A stretch of 61,568 bases of DNA, the filler included, from Jimgerdemannia flammicorona (Eukaryota), in assembly GCA_003990765.1 (NCBI GenBank). It is 2 parts of 2 records of this genome, joined end to end, with 100 filler letters (N's around TTAATTAATTAA, not from the genome) between each part and the next. Parts side by side here need not be neighbours in the genome. Positions count along the whole stretch, not along the records: positions 1 to 30,745 come from RBNJ01000426.1; positions 30,846 to 61,568 come from RBNJ01000427.1. One strand, given 5' to 3'. The notes under the pieces were generated by a model, which saw nothing but the letters and a program-made list of their open reading frames with translations, was not told the DNA's origin and made no database searches. A program made the position numbers and the translations under genes. Shown piece by piece: positions 23,035 through 37,185 of this stretch (within the stretch, counting starts at the first letter, position 1; the number at the start of each line of letters is the position of its first letter).

Positions 23035-26000
23035 ATATATATTATAACTTCTTTCTAAATGGATAATTTTGTCTCTAAAATATTCTATTTAAACTTCTAT
23101 ACTTCTATCTCTTATAGAGTCTTATATTGTATAATCTGGTCAATAATATTTCTCTAGTAATATCTTCTTATCTATATAAAATCTGTTAATACTACTCTTT
23201 GAATATAAGTTAAGACTGATTTATTATCTTTAAATAATTTGAAATTTTGTTTAATAATTGTGATCTAAATATAAGAGATCTGGTAGAATAGAATCTACTC
23301 CTTTTTACTCTTATTTGAATACTGGTAGAAAAGTTATCTCAACTTAAAGTACTCTGAAAACTCTACTCTATATATATTGATAGACTCTAAAGTGAGAGAT
23401 TTGAGATAGATAGATTTATATAACTCTGAATACTATTAAATAATTTCTCTATAATTAGGGGTTTAATAGAACACTATTATCTTTTTATAATTTATTAGGT
23501 AGTACTAGTAATTTTAAGGACTATAGTAGTGTTTTATTTATTAGTTATAATATTTTTTGAGTCAGTTTTGGTAAATAATAGTAAAGATAATAGTATCTAA
23601 AAGTTTTTATAGTCAAAAGGTAATTTCTTTTATATTTTATATAAGTAAGATTCTTTTTATTTAAGCTCTAGGTTTTGTAACTATGAAGCTTTATTATATT
23701 CTAAAAATTTTCCATCTTAATAATTTTTAAGAGTTTGTAAATGTTTTCTATATTATTCTATTACAATATCTGTATCTTAATTATATAATTCTCAGCCTTC
23801 TTTCTTATTTATCACAATCTCTATATCTTAGTATTTATATATTTCTATACTATATCTCTATTAGATATAATAGGATTTCTTCAGAACTTTCTTCTCTAAA
23901 CAGTAATTTTCAAGAGATAAAATGAATACTTTGTAATCATATATTCTAAAGAGTAGATAATACTATCGACAGATAGTGATATTAGTTTTTATAGTTATTA
24001 TAGATCTTAGTAATAATATTCTTGAGCAAAATATTGTTGACATCTTTCTCTAGTACTATTCAGATTACACAAACTTCTAATAATACTTTCAGCACAACTT
24101 TAGAGAAAAGGTGATAGTAATATAGAGATCAATGATCATTCTGAGGTATATGCTAAGCAGGACAGCCCTAGTATATTTAACTAGCAGTATATTGAGTAAA
24201 GTCATGGCTTGGAGGGGAGTCTTCTGGACTCTCTTTCAGATAAATATAGAGGGAAAAACAGTAGTACTAGTGGGCAAGAGATGGAGAAGGTGAGCTTTGC
24301 TGATAAGGTCAAGGCTGGGCATCCATTGATAAGTTTAAAGGATTGACTATAGAGAGATAAGGAGAAGAAGAGAGCAGCTGAGTCTGAGAGGGTGGTCCCA
24401 GATAGTAGTAGTGGTAGAGCTGGAGGAGTAGCAGCTGAGAAGAAGAAGAGGACTGCTGATGGAGAGGGGACTGTTAATCTAGAATAAAATCCAGATATGA
24501 TAGCTGATGGTAAAAATGGACAGAGGGGGAGGGGGGCATAAGGTCTGGAAATCTGACTAATGGTATAATGGATCTGGTAGTAGCACTATTACTCAAGAAA
24601 TCAGTATCTAAATTTACTATCATATTATACTTCTGGGGCTTGATAGTCATAGTGAAAATAGTTCTAAAGCTACTGGCCCAGAAGATGAAAGAAGTGGTCT
24701 CAGTAAAGTTCTTGAAGAGACTGGAAGAGATAAAGATAGGCTTTGAGGAAGATAATTTGATACTAAGAATATTGGAGAAAGAAGTAATAGTAGGAGGAGT
24801 AGCAATCTCTATGACTTAGTCCTTATGCTGAAACTCCTAAGTAGTATAGTTAGTAGTAGTGAATATACCTATAGTGAAGAAAGAGATGGCCAGAAGGCTG
24901 ATTGTTAATGCTATTAAGGAGTATGAGAATGTGGTTGATATTGGATTCGGTATAGAGTTCAGGATGGGAGATGTGGATATCAGAGTAAGGCTAGTAGACA
25001 AGGAGAATATTGAGAAAAGAAGAGATTTGCTAGCAGTACTTAAGTAGAGACTAGTAGAGTATAAGGTCTCAAGGATAAAAGAGATGCCAGAGGAGGAGAA
25101 GAACTTGCTAGAGATATTGGAGGATCTGACAAGAGCCATTGAGAAGAGGAGGTTAGTCTTGAAAGGAGTTTGAGGCTAAGACAGTAGTAGAGGTTGTGAA
25201 TGGCAAGAGAGTGAGACTAGATTTGACTATCTGAGAGAGGGTATAAGGGAGGCAGTGTTAGAAGAATTTGTTGACAAATCTGGAAGAGAGGGCAGAGAGG
25301 AAGAATACTACTGAAGGAGTTGGATCAAGAGCTAGTATTTGGGTAAGAGAGAAGAGAGTAGTTCTGAAGGTGACCCTGGAAGAGAGAGGAGACTTAGGAT
25401 AGAGTACAGTGACTGAAGATAAGGTGATGGTAGAGAGGGCCCAGGTTCAGTATAGTATGTATACCTACAGGAGAAGAGCTACAGGATGTGTTAGAGGAGA
25501 ACTGAGATAAGTTAGTAAGGATAAATACTGATAGAGATCAGGGGGTTGGGGGACAGGAGGTGGCCCTGGGAGTGGATGAGGCTATTGGAGATGAGAGATA
25601 GTTGTGAAAAGTACTAATGAATATTTGTGGTAGATGAGTTAGATGAGGTAGATTTCTGGATACTTAGTGAGAGACACTGGAGTGATATCTTATGAGGAGA
25701 AGAGGTGGTGTGAAAGCTCCAGGATGAGTTGATAGTGAGCTTACTGGAGACAAAGAAGTATGAGATAGATGATAACTAGGAGGTAGTGCTTCTGATAATT
25801 GCAAATAATAAAGTGGCCTATCTGTGGAGTCTTAGGAAGAGGTTGGAAAAGTTGTAGATAGTGTGTGAAGAGTACTGATCTTTCATGGAAGTACAGAATA
25901 GTGAGAACTACCAGAAGATTTTGGAAGCACTAAATACTCAGCAGAGGGAGACAGATGAGTTTAAAACAGAGAGAAACCTAGATGTCACTGGTGATATAGT

Positions 26001-29000
26001 GAGTATAAAATTGTAGTATGGGTGATTCTTTTCTAAAATATTATTTAATATGAATAGTATAACTAGAATCTTCTCTTCAAATATCAATGGTTTATAGAGT
26101 ACAGTGAGGCATCAGAATATTTTCTACTAATTAAAGAAACTGGATGCTGATCTGTTCTTACTGTAAAATATAGGATATAATGAGAACTTAGATATACTAG
26201 ACTAGATGAGAGAATGGGGAAATGTGGCCATATGGTAGGGTTAGATAGGTATTCTTGTTTGGAAGGATAAGGGGAATATTGGGGACATTGGACACTAGGA
26301 GAGCAGAGTAGTATAGAGAGTGTGAAAGAGGCTGGTCTGTAGCCTCTTAACTATTGGGTCCTATTATTGCCCAGCAGAAAGAGAGGAGTACTTGGAGTAG
26401 ATAAGAGGATTATAAAATATAAGTGCTATAGTTGAAGTAAGAATTGACTATTTGGGTAGAGACTTTAACATAGTTTATAATAAGTGATTAGACAGGACAG
26501 ACCAAGGGTATAGAATGGCTGACAAGAGTGAAGAAATAGAAGACTGAAAGGAGATCAAAAGTCTGAGCTCACTGGTGGATATAGGGTGACTTGAGTGAAG
26601 AGATTGTAGAGTCTATACTCACTGGGGGGTGGGGCTGAGCTTGAGGATCAATTGGATTTTGACTACTGAGTGCTGGGGTAGGAATATATATCTGAAGATC
26701 ATTAGAGATAGTTTGGTACTCATGATTAGATCATTGGGGTCTGCTAGATTGTAGAAGATTCAGAGGAAGTGGAAAGGGTCTTGACATTAGTATCTAAATA
26801 CTTCATTACTAAAGGAGCTCTCTTTATAGAATGTATGAGTGATAAACATTAGCTCTAGGATCCTTAATTAGAGAACAAAGGGGCTGGAGATTGGAGATTG
26901 CTGGCAGTATTTGAAATCAGATACTTAATAGTTCTGGGGGGAAGCAGAGAGAGAGAGGGGTACTCAAAGGAGGAGTCTTTTAAGGTGGGCTTCCAGGAGG
27001 TTGGAGAAGTTGTTAATAATATAGACTGAATTGCTAAAGAATAAAAAGGAGGAGGATTGGAGGGTCCAGCAGATCTGACTGGAGGTAAAGGAACTGAAAG
27101 GGCTGCTGAGATAGGAGAAGGACTTATAGGTAAAGAATATAGTAGCCCAGCTATAGTGACAGAGCTTAGAAGAAGAGGAGAGATCTACAAAGTTTCTGTC
27201 AAGACTTCTTTGAGTGAGAAAGGTGAGGCAGCAGTGAGAAGAAGTATTGGATGAGATAGGAGAGATAGTGGTAGGGATGCAGGAGATCTTAGACCAGTTG
27301 AGTATAAGCTGAGAGTAACTGTAAAGTAAGGAGGAGGGTAGAGAGAATATACTAGACATTGAACAACATCTGGAGGACTGACACCCAGACCCAGTAGAGG
27401 GTTTAGGTGAACTTAGAGTATCTGTCTGAGGGGAGGAGATCTGTAGAGTGTTGGTGATGACAAGTTTTGAGATAGTCTCCGGAGAAGATGGCTTATTGTG
27501 GGATTTCTGGAAGAGAATGGCAGGTGTTGAGTTGGTTTTAGAGGAGATAATATAGATATATGATGATATTATTGACTCTAGAGCTTAGATTGGAAGACAG
27601 TACCTGGGTCTTATAGCTCTATTATATAAGAACAAGAGGAGAAGAGTGAAGTGAAAGAACTGGAGGCTAATCATGCTCCTAGATATAGATCATAAGCTAA
27701 TTATGAAGATTTTGGTAGCTAGGCTATAGAGAGTGGTGCAGCAGATACTGAGAGAGGAGCAGAGGGGCTTCATCAGTAGCTGTTTGATAAGAGATAGAAT
27801 AGTATAGATACAATGTATCATTGAAGGAGTATGTGTTACAGAAATAGATTATTGGCTAATATTTCTAAATTAGGAGAAGGTTTATAATAGAGTCCAGTGA
27901 GTGTGACTAGAGAGAGTACTGAAGCATATTGGAGTTCCTGCTGAGTTTTAGAGATTATTGGTAAGTCTGTTGGAGAAGAGCCAGACAGCTATTCTGGTAA
28001 ATAAATATAGAGAGGTTTCTTTCTCTCTGGATAGAGGAGTGTTATAAAGGGATCTGCTATTGCTAATTCTTTATATCCTCTCTCTGGAGCCTTTGTTGGA
28101 TAGGATTAAGTATCAGGTAGGGAGATTGAACATTCTTAGAGTGAATTGAAAGGTTGGGGCCTTTGCTAATAATATCATAGTTGGGCTAGGCTTTGTGGAT
28201 GATATAGCAGTATTTAAGAGAGTAGTGAAATAGTATAAAGGGTATTCAGTTACTAAGCTTAATTGATATAAGTGTGATACTCTAGTATTGAATAGAGGGG
28301 GATGTAATTGGAATAGTTGTCCCAGCAAGAGAGGTAGTTTGCTATCTGAGGATCTACTTCTCAATATATAGTTCCTTATTGTCTAGGGGATAGTAGTAGT
28401 AGTAGCTGATAGAGTAGGAGAGTATACTACTGAGATAGAGCAGATAATATATCTCTCTGGTAGGAAGAGTGATAGTGTTGAATATATATTTGTTATCTAA
28501 GTTATAGTATCTAGAGTATTACTTGGACTTTCCAGTATAGGTGGTTAAGAAATTATTGAAGATAGTCAGAACCTGGGAATAGGGTGACAGAGTCAGATTG
28601 GTTAGAAGGTATTAATATTGCTGGTAGACTAGGGGAATTTGGGTCTAGTGGACTTTGCCAAGTACCTATACTACTTGCAGATATGGTGGCTGAAGTGAGC
28701 TGGCAAGTTAAGGAATTGAGAATAGATATCTTATATAGAGAGTATGAGAGGTGCAATTCTCTCCCCATGATACATCTAGTGACTTACTTTCTCTAGTAGT
28801 ATTGGAGGAGAGCCAGAAGATGTACTTTAGGAGATTCTGGTTGAGAGTGATTAATAGAACTTAACATATTGGACTCTAATAGTAGAGTGATGAGAGAGAG
28901 ATAGACTGGAAATTCCAGATGTAGAGGTGAGACTGCCTTCTATTGGGGGGTATACTAGTGGATAACTTCAGTTTGGAGAATAGTATAGAGTATCTTCAAG

Positions 29001-30040
29001 AGCATAGGAGAGATTTATAGTCTGAGGCTTGGCAGGAGGTGGGAATTGGTGAGAAATAAGACTGGAATAGTATTTAATCATAGAGCAAGCAGATGATATA
29101 GTGGATTCTCTCCAAGTTTTAGATAATGTAGTAGTGGCTTCTATAATACAATGTGATGTTGAACTTTCAGTTAGGATATCTGATAGAAGGAGGGGCCTTG
29201 AAGTGTGAGAAGTATCTTAATGTTAAGCAAGAGGGAGAGGTAGTACAGACTTCTGAGCATTGGCTGAGAGAGTATGAGGTAATGGGAGACTTTTGGAGAT
29301 TGATTGAGAATCAAATTAGGGTATACCCACCTGGGCTAGAAGTGGTTGAGAGGTAGGGTTATCTCTAGAGAAAGCTGGTAGGAGAAGTTAGTAATGAGTG
29401 GTTAACTATTAGGTAGGCTCTGGCTATTTGGATTCAGCTTGCCAGACATTAGCTATATGTATATATTTGAGAATAGCCAGAGGTTGGTGCTTAGAATGTA
29501 GATTATAAAATAGAAATAGTTGTTACTAGAGCTTTTGAATAGTTAGTAGTGAGGGTAGAGACCTGGAAGAGGGCTCTATAGGAGGCTTGTGGAGAAGATT
29601 TGCAAGCAGAGTTGGGGGAGAATTGGAATGGCAGAGGGGATAGTGATATTCTGGAGAGAAGAGGAAGAGAGAGAGACTCTTTGTGAGATTGGGTGAGAGA
29701 TTTATCTATAATATATAGTATAATATAGACTAGTGAATAATAAAGTGGAAGTCTAAGTGACTAAAAAATATATATATATATTCTTGAGAGTCTTATTGAT
29801 CCTTTTTATCTATCTATTTTCTTAGATATAATAAGCTATAGTTTGAATATACTGAATTTTATATTTCTTATAAAGAATCTCAAAGAGCTAGTTTACAAAT
29901 TCTATTTTTCTATCTATATATAGTTACTTACTTTGGGATCTTGAATTAGCAGATGATTTTTCAGTAAAAAAAATTAACAATTAACTATATATTGACTTTT
30001 TTAAGAGATCTTATTTCTGTCTATTTTGTGAAGAAATCTA
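23035..30040 (-). mobile_element. Highly eroded E3-like gypsy remnant interrupted by LINE-B
   Basis: Reverse complement matches the E3 accessory ORF/PPT region. Joining 24026 to 29789 restores integrase sequence KRINKTLKNIITKI (E3: ERTNKTLKNVITKI). Confidence 0.7.
24027..29777 (+). mobile_element. Full-length but heavily decayed LINE-B (LINE-A family)
   Basis: Collinear similarity to LINE-A 5'UTR, ORF1 (LVVALLLKKSVSKF), ORF2 and 3' end; 11-bp TSD ATATTCTTGAG (24016-24026/29778-29788). Confidence 0.9.
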
Positions 30041-30061
30041 TATATATATATATATATATAT

Positions 30062-30730
30062 ATTTGTTTTGTTTTTATAAGCACTAGGTCCCTTTATTAA
30101 CTAACCTATAATATACATATATACAGTCCTCATATCACACTGGTAGCTCCAACCCAACTCCACTCTACTTTACTCTAATATATACTCTCTTTCCCACCCT
30201 CTTCTTTTTAAAAACTACTAGAATATTAACTACTCTAATCTACCTATCACTTCTCTTATATATTTCTTCTATCAGATATCTATAGTAATCTCCTTGAGGG
30301 CTCAACCCCTTCTATCAACTTAACAGAATATCTACTATCAATTCTTTCTACCTTATTACTCTGTTTTCTAAAACTGTCTGTCTCTTATCCTCAAATACAT
30401 ACTACTAGTATCTAGCCAATCTTATCTATATTACCAATATCTACTTAACTATAAGTTACTCATTACCAATATAATCCACTAACTACTCTCTCAAGTTATC
30501 CCATCTCTCTCTCTCTCTACCATCTTACTACTCTACTCTCGATAACTTCCAACTATTACTCAGAAGTCACTAAGTACCTTATACTCTTCTAACTAATGTT
30601 CTGATATCTATATAATCTCTCCCTTCTGCTTAACATTATAATACTCCTTATACTCAAAACTTCTCCTTTTACCAAGTGTCCTAATCTAAAGTTCAATATG
30701 ATATTTCTTCTCAAGATATACTACTATACT
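30062..30730 (-). mobile_element. Decayed LINE 3' fragment
   Basis: Pyrimidine-rich plus strand; reverse complement resembles LINE-A/B 3' region (e.g. AACTTTAGATTAGGACACTTGG vs LINE-A 21094-21115); runs into the gap. Confidence 0.65.
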
Positions 30731-30745
30731 ACTTTTTTTTTTTTT

Positions 30746-30845
30746 NNNNNNNNNNNNNNNNNNNNNNNNNNNNNNNNNNNNNNNNNNNNTTAATTAATTA
30801 ANNNNNNNNNNNNNNNNNNNNNNNNNNNNNNNNNNNNNNNNNNNN
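30746..30845. other. Assembly gap with artificial TTAATTAATTAA linker
   Basis: N44-TTAATTAATTAA-N44, exactly 100 nt; the linker gives stops in all six frames. Confidence 0.95.
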
Positions 30846-31647
30846 AAGTGACGACATCTTGAAAACTGATGATGTCAGAAGTCAGAAAACTGCTCAGACT
30901 TTGCCAGTGATGATGTCATCAATAGTGATGTCATCAAAGACTAACCAGACAGTGCCTAAACCTATAAATAGCTTAGCAATCATAGTATAGATAGATTAAC
31001 CTTGTACGACATGACTGTGAACTGACTCAGCAGTCAGACGATCTCTTGACATGTCAGATCACACTTGTACTATATGACTGCATTCCGACTCAGCAAAGCA
31101 CTTAGTGCTACACCCATATCTAGCCTAGTCCAGATAGCCCTTTACTAGTATAAATACCCCCTCCCCCAGACCTCAGAATCTCAGACTTGAACAGACTTGA
31201 ACAATCCGAATACAACTCCTGAGCACTTCCCCACAATATTCCTTCACACAACTACTCCTAGTATAGCAATATCATGAATAGCAAATAAACCTATTCCATA
31301 ACCCACAAACCACTCTTAAGTAAATCCGCTCTCTGTTAGGTCCTACTCCTAACCCTGTCACGAAATTTCCTAATTGGGTATTGTCTGCAGCGATACGCCG
31401 ATTCAACTAAGCTGGTCTTAGTTTCTTGAACTTCCTGAAATATGGAAAATCCTGAACATCCAGAACTAGTCCGGAAAAGGACTTTGGTTGAGACATCAAC
31501 CCGATCTTGAAATCAATAAGCATAGAGGACATACTCCATATGAAATTGATCTTGACCATAAGAAAACGGTCTTCCAGAATATCCAGAACCTCCAGAAAAC
31601 CCTTCTAGAACTACATAACGGTCACCCTAAAAAGTAACCCTCTTACA
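30846..31647 (+). repeat. LTR of family X (~0.8 kb) abutting/inserted in E3 RT
   Basis: Matches the reverse complement of 60153-60942 over its length, ends CTTACA, and is followed directly by mid-RT sequence LTEAVSEKSAFITPD. Confidence 0.85.
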
Positions 31648-34600
31648 CTCACAGAAGCAGTAAGTGAAAAGTCAGCCTTTATAACTCCAGATAGAACATA
31701 TGTCTATCTGCAAATACCATTTGGAATATACAATACATCAGCCAGTTTCCAGCAAATGATGAACAAAATCTTCCACTATGATATGAGAAAATGGATGATG
31801 GTTTATGTTGATGATATAATCATCTACAGCTATACACTAGAAGAACTCTGCAGCACATCTAGCAGATAATAGAAAGACTGAGAAAGCATAGCCTATACAT
31901 CAAGCCTAAGAAGTGCAAGTTTGCAGAAATTGAGATCTCCTATCTTGATTATATTATCAACTAAGATAGAATACACACTGACCCCCTCAAGATACAAGCA
32001 GTAGCAGTATACCCAAGACCCACTATGGTTACTGAAGCTCAGGCCTTCATGGGACTCACTTCATATTACTGAAGATTTATTAGAGAATTTTTTAATATTA
32101 CAGGTCCAATCTATGAACTCAACAAGAAGGATACCAAGCTCCAATGAACTGGCAGGCAGCAACAAGTATTTGATGAGCTCTAGGTCAGACTGACCTAAGT
32201 ACCCATCCTTAGAAGAGCAGACTGGACCCAAGAATTCATCCTTCAGATGATGCAAGTGCACAAGAACTAGAAGTAGTCCTAGTTCAAAAGAAAGACAAAG
32301 TAGAGTATATCATTGTATATCTCAGCTGTAGAACCTGAGAAGCTGAAAAAGAATATGAATTATACAAGTTGAAGTACCTCACAGTTATCTGGACTATAGA
32401 AAAGTTCTACTACTATCTGGCCAGAAAATACTTTACTATTCAAACAAACCACTCAGCTCTTACCTGGCTACTGACCACTGGACAACTCAAGGGAATCTAT
32501 GTCAGATAGATCATGAAGTTGCAAGCCTATGATGTAACCATCATACAGTGCTCAGGAAGAACCAATGCCAATACAGATGCCCTCTCATGGACACTCTGAA
32601 GGACCCCCAACCAACAAACCAATAATGAATAAAGAGCTCTACTACAGAATTATCATATATCTGGGATAGTGAAAGATGCCCCAACATCTGGAAGAATGGA
32701 CACAAATGATTATCAACAGAATATAGAAACAATTCGAAACTGATGGAGAAATACTGAAGAAAGGAAAACTACTAGTCATACTAGAACACAAGAAGGAGTA
32801 AGCAATAAAATCAGTATATGAACTCAGCTATCTAGGAGGAACCAATATATATAATAAAGCAAAAAGAACAATATAGTGGTCAGGAATGGATGAAGATATC
32901 AGACAATTTGTCAAGACCTGTGACAAATACCAAAAATAGAAACAAGACTAATGAAATTAAGCCCCAGGATCAGTACACATAGAACCAGTGCTATTTGCCT
33001 ATGTTGCAATAGATGTAATTGGCTCTCTACCCTTGACTCTGACTGGCAACCAATACATCATTGTTATTGTAGACCTCTTCATAAAATGGATAGAGGCAGG
33101 ACCCCTCAAAGAAGCCAATGTACAGTCAATTACTGATTTCTTTCATGAAGAAATCATCTGCTGATTCAAGACCCCAATACAAGTAACCACAGACAGAGGG
33201 ACAGAATTCATGAACCAGTTCTTCGAGGTTCTCTACAAGAAGTATAAGATCCAGCATATTTGGACCACAGCCTATCACCCTCAAGGAAATGGATAAGTAG
33301 AAAGGACTAACAAGACCCTCAAAAATGTTATCACAAAGATCTGCAATAACTACAAAAACTGAGATCACTATCTGCCAATAGCATTATCTGCTCTCTGGGA
33401 TATCTGATTATAAAGCACCCACTTTATCTCTTGAGAAATGCAATTTGGAGAAGAAAGTTCTCAAGGAACTCTATTGTCCAATAGAGATGCTGTATAGAAA
33501 CACATGGATATGGAGATATGGAAACTACACCAAATCAAGAAGAAGGCTGAGGATTACATAAACAAGATACAGACACTACAGCAGAATAATACAGAAAATA
33601 TTCACAAGCCCCTGGAGATTATCAAGATAGGAGACAAAGTCCTAGTATATTGGAACATGGTAGAAGCTTTATGGTCATGAAAACTGGAGCCTAAGTGGGA
33701 AGGACCTTAACTTGTGCAAGATATAAAAGGGATCACCTTTTGGTTATGAAAACTCTCAGGCACAATCATTCCTACTACTATTCACCAAAACTGCCTCAAG
33801 AAGTATCATGACCAGTCAAAAAAGTAATGCTACTGCCCTCAAGATTACTAGTACTGCCCAGTAAGCCATAGAAAGACAGTAGTGTTCCACTGAGCCACCA
33901 ATGATAGAGAAATCCTTTGACAGTATCCAGAGTATAGTGCAAATATACCTATTACAAATCTCACATTTCAAGGCCTATCAGAACTAAACTAAGTTCCTGG
34001 AATACTTCAAGTTGGGACAGCTACTAAATTCAAAACTGAAGATGGAAAAAGAAGACTAGATCAAGAAATGTTAGCTCTCCTATACTCAAATTATAATTGC
34101 AAAAAGAGTGTACAAATTATTCAAGGATAATGAGTCAGCCTTAACCTATTTCCAAGAAGTAACTCCAGGAGACTTTGGATATATCAAGAGATAATATTAA
34201 AAGAACATAATGACACAAATTGCACAGTATAAGGAAATACAAATTATAGAAGCCTGGAAATTTGAGTGAATAGGATACTCCAGAGATGAATCACCTATTC
34301 AGGAGGAAGATATGATGGCTGATCCAAATTAGTAATATGAAATAGAGAAATTAGACATTTGATTATAATATTTGAATCTAATTTCCAAAATAGCTTAACC
34401 TTATAAATAGCAGTCATATTCTGCAAAGTGCAGAAACTTTACCATTTGCAAAGATTTAAGAGATGTTAGAATATTTGTAATTAGTACAATCCTAGCAAAT
34501 GTTAAAAGATTCAATACTTGTAAAATGACTCATAACTTAGCCACCTTATAAGCTAGTAAAACATATATAAATAATCTAGCATCTTAGAGTGAATAAACCT

Positions 34601-34778
34601 CAGATCAAAATAGTTCAATGCAAAAGAGAAAACAAAGGAACTAGTAAGCCTGTGGGCAGATATACTTCGAACTCACCCACCCCTGCAACTCTGAGGACTC
34701 TGTAAGAGTCAGAACAAGTCAAGTTTCAAAATACAGAAATCTGATATACTTCAAAGGTTAAGCATCCACTATATTATA
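31648..34778 (+). mobile_element. Ty3/gypsy element E3, 3' half (RT-RH, IN, accessory ORF, PPT, 3' LTR), decayed
   Basis: VYVDD, RNase H, integrase VTTDRGTEF/AYHPQGNG/KWEGP similar to E2. PPT AGGAGGAAGA at 34301-34310; LTR from 34311 with TATAAA 34566 and AATAAA 34592. Right end approximate. Confidence 0.88.
33808..34269 (+). pseudogene. E3 accessory ORF (154 codons, several TAA/TAG)
   Basis: Manual translation FLEYFKLGQLL...IAKRVYKLFKDNESAL; ATG overlaps the integrase end in the +1 frame as in E1. Confidence 0.7.
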
Positions 34779-35178
34779 ATATTTATAGTTTATATATATA
34801 AGTCTACTATACATCAGTTATAACTACTAGTAAGGTATAGTTACTATTAGCTATAAGATGTAAGTAAGCCATTCTGCTCTCTTTAGCTACTTCTTTATAA
34901 GTCTGATAGTAATACTTCATATTATAGTTGAAGGTCCTATATTCTATATAAGATATATTTAATAAGTTTAAGAATAGTTTTAACTTAGAATAGTCTATTT
35001 CAGTAATACTATATACTACTTTAGTATATACTTAAAGGATTGACTTCATTGGTTCTCATTTGCTAGAAAACTACTTCTAGTACTCCAAATAAGTTAATTT
35101 AAATCAAATCTGAATTTGATTCATTATGTAATAGTTTGACCTAAATCTCAAATCTGAAACAATCCAAACTAACTTAAA

Positions 35179-35495
35179 TTAAAATTACTCTATCTGAATT
35201 ATTCAATCTAAATTACTTAATCTGAATTACTCAATCTGAACTACTCAATCTGAACTACTCAATCCAAATTACTCATTCTGAATTACTCTATCCAAATCAC
35301 TCTATTTAAATTACTCAATCTGAACTACTCAATTCAAACTACTCAATCCAAACTACTCAATCCAAACTATACAATCTGAATCATTCAATCTAAATTATTC
35401 AATCCAAATTATAATTCAAATCATTCAATTTGAATCATCTAATTCAAATTCTCTAATCTAAATTCTTCTATCTGAATCTTCTAATCTAAATTCTC
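35179..35495. repeat. 14-bp minisatellite (TCTGAACTACTCAA) x ~20, degenerate
   Basis: Tandem units read directly, e.g. 35221-35400. Confidence 0.88.
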
Positions 35496-35860
35496 TACAT
35501 AACTCATTTACTAGATATATCTATATTTATAATATATATATATATAAATACAGTATGCTAATATACATATATATGCAAATATATATATATATATAAATAT
35601 ATACATATATATAAATACATATATGCAAACATACAAATATGTATATCAATAGATCAGTTTTCAACAGCTCATAGTACTGATGATACTTCAAGTCAAACAT
35701 CCTTGATAGTTCTATACTTTTCATATAATCCTCATTCTAAAATCTGGAAACATTGTACTAAAACTGGAGATGATGTTATTTATAGATATAAAATTAAAAA
35801 AAGAAGATATATTTATGATATAACTGAGTCTTTTATTTGATACATATATAATATTATTTG

Positions 35861-37185
35861 TATCAATCTCTTATACTATATCGCCAGAAGTTCAAAATAC
35901 TTATGGGTTTAACTTTAAATATATATTAACATATAAAAGACAAATACTTCAACAAAATTAAAAAGAACATTGAAACTAATAAAATTGATATCTAAGCTAT
36001 AGTGGGTATATTTATCTAATTGCCCAATCATTTCTGTAATAATAACTCCATTTAATCAAAAATATTTGACCATATTCTTTAGTAGAATTTTGAAATTAAC
36101 TCATTTGCTAGATTGTGTATATAGATCAGTCATTCACAACTATTAAGAGTGATCAATTACATAGTATTCTTGGCCTCCTGAAGTATGATTTATATCTATC
36201 AAGTACTGATACTATTTGTAAAAATATCCTGAAGGTCTATAGGAAGAACTATAATAATCTTCACCAGATACTTTAGATAAAATAAATAAATAAGACCAAT
36301 ACTATGACCATTGTAAGCTAAATTATATATATATATATATAGAGCTCACTAATTTAATTAAACAGAATTCAGCAGACAGAATTTCAACTATAATTGATAT
36401 ATTGATATCCTTTAATATAATTTTATTTCTAGATATTACCAGTATTAAATTGATCTTGATTGATAACTTAAATCTCTTACCCTTGACTTCACCAAACTTG
36501 TTAGTCCTTATTTTGGAAAAACATTAGAGATGTTTTTATTAGTTGTATTCTGGAGCTTAGAATTACAACTAAGATAAAAAGAGAGACTTACTATCTAGCA
36601 TTTTGAGCAACTGAATATCATGATATTGTTTCTATCAATCTCTTATACTATATAGCTAGAAGTTCAAAATACTTGGTGGTTCAACTTCAAACATATATCA
36701 ATATATAAAAGACAAATACTCCAACAAAATAAAAAAGAATACAAAAATAAATAAAATCAATATTCAAGCTATAGTACATTTATCTAATTGCCCTACAATT
36801 TCTGTAACAATAACCCTATTTAATTAAAAATATTTAACCATATTCTTTAGCAAAATTTCCAAATTGACTTATTTGCTGAATTGTGTATATAGACTAGCTA
36901 TTTACAACTATTGAGAGTGATCAATTGCATAGTATCTTTGATCTCCTCAAGTATGATTTATATCTACCAAGTACTGATAATCTTTATAAAGATATCCTGA
37001 AGGCCTATAGGAAGAAATATGATAATCTTCACCAGATACTTCAGATAAAATAAATAAATAAGAGTAATACTATGGCCATTGTAAGCTGAATTATACATAT
37101 ATATATATAAAGAGCTTACTAATTTAATCTCACATTTAATAAATAGAATTTAGTAGATAGAATTTCATTTAAAATTGATATATAG
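35861..37185. repeat. ~770-bp tandem duplication; second copy continues at 49755-49946
   Basis: 35861-36595 matches 36633-37185 + 49755-49946; the first copy shows the empty E4 insertion site. Confidence 0.88.

Noticed and set aside
30790..30801. TTAATTAATTAA palindrome
   Set aside because: Centred in a 100-nt N gap; a scaffolding linker, not biology. Adjacency across the gap is unverified.
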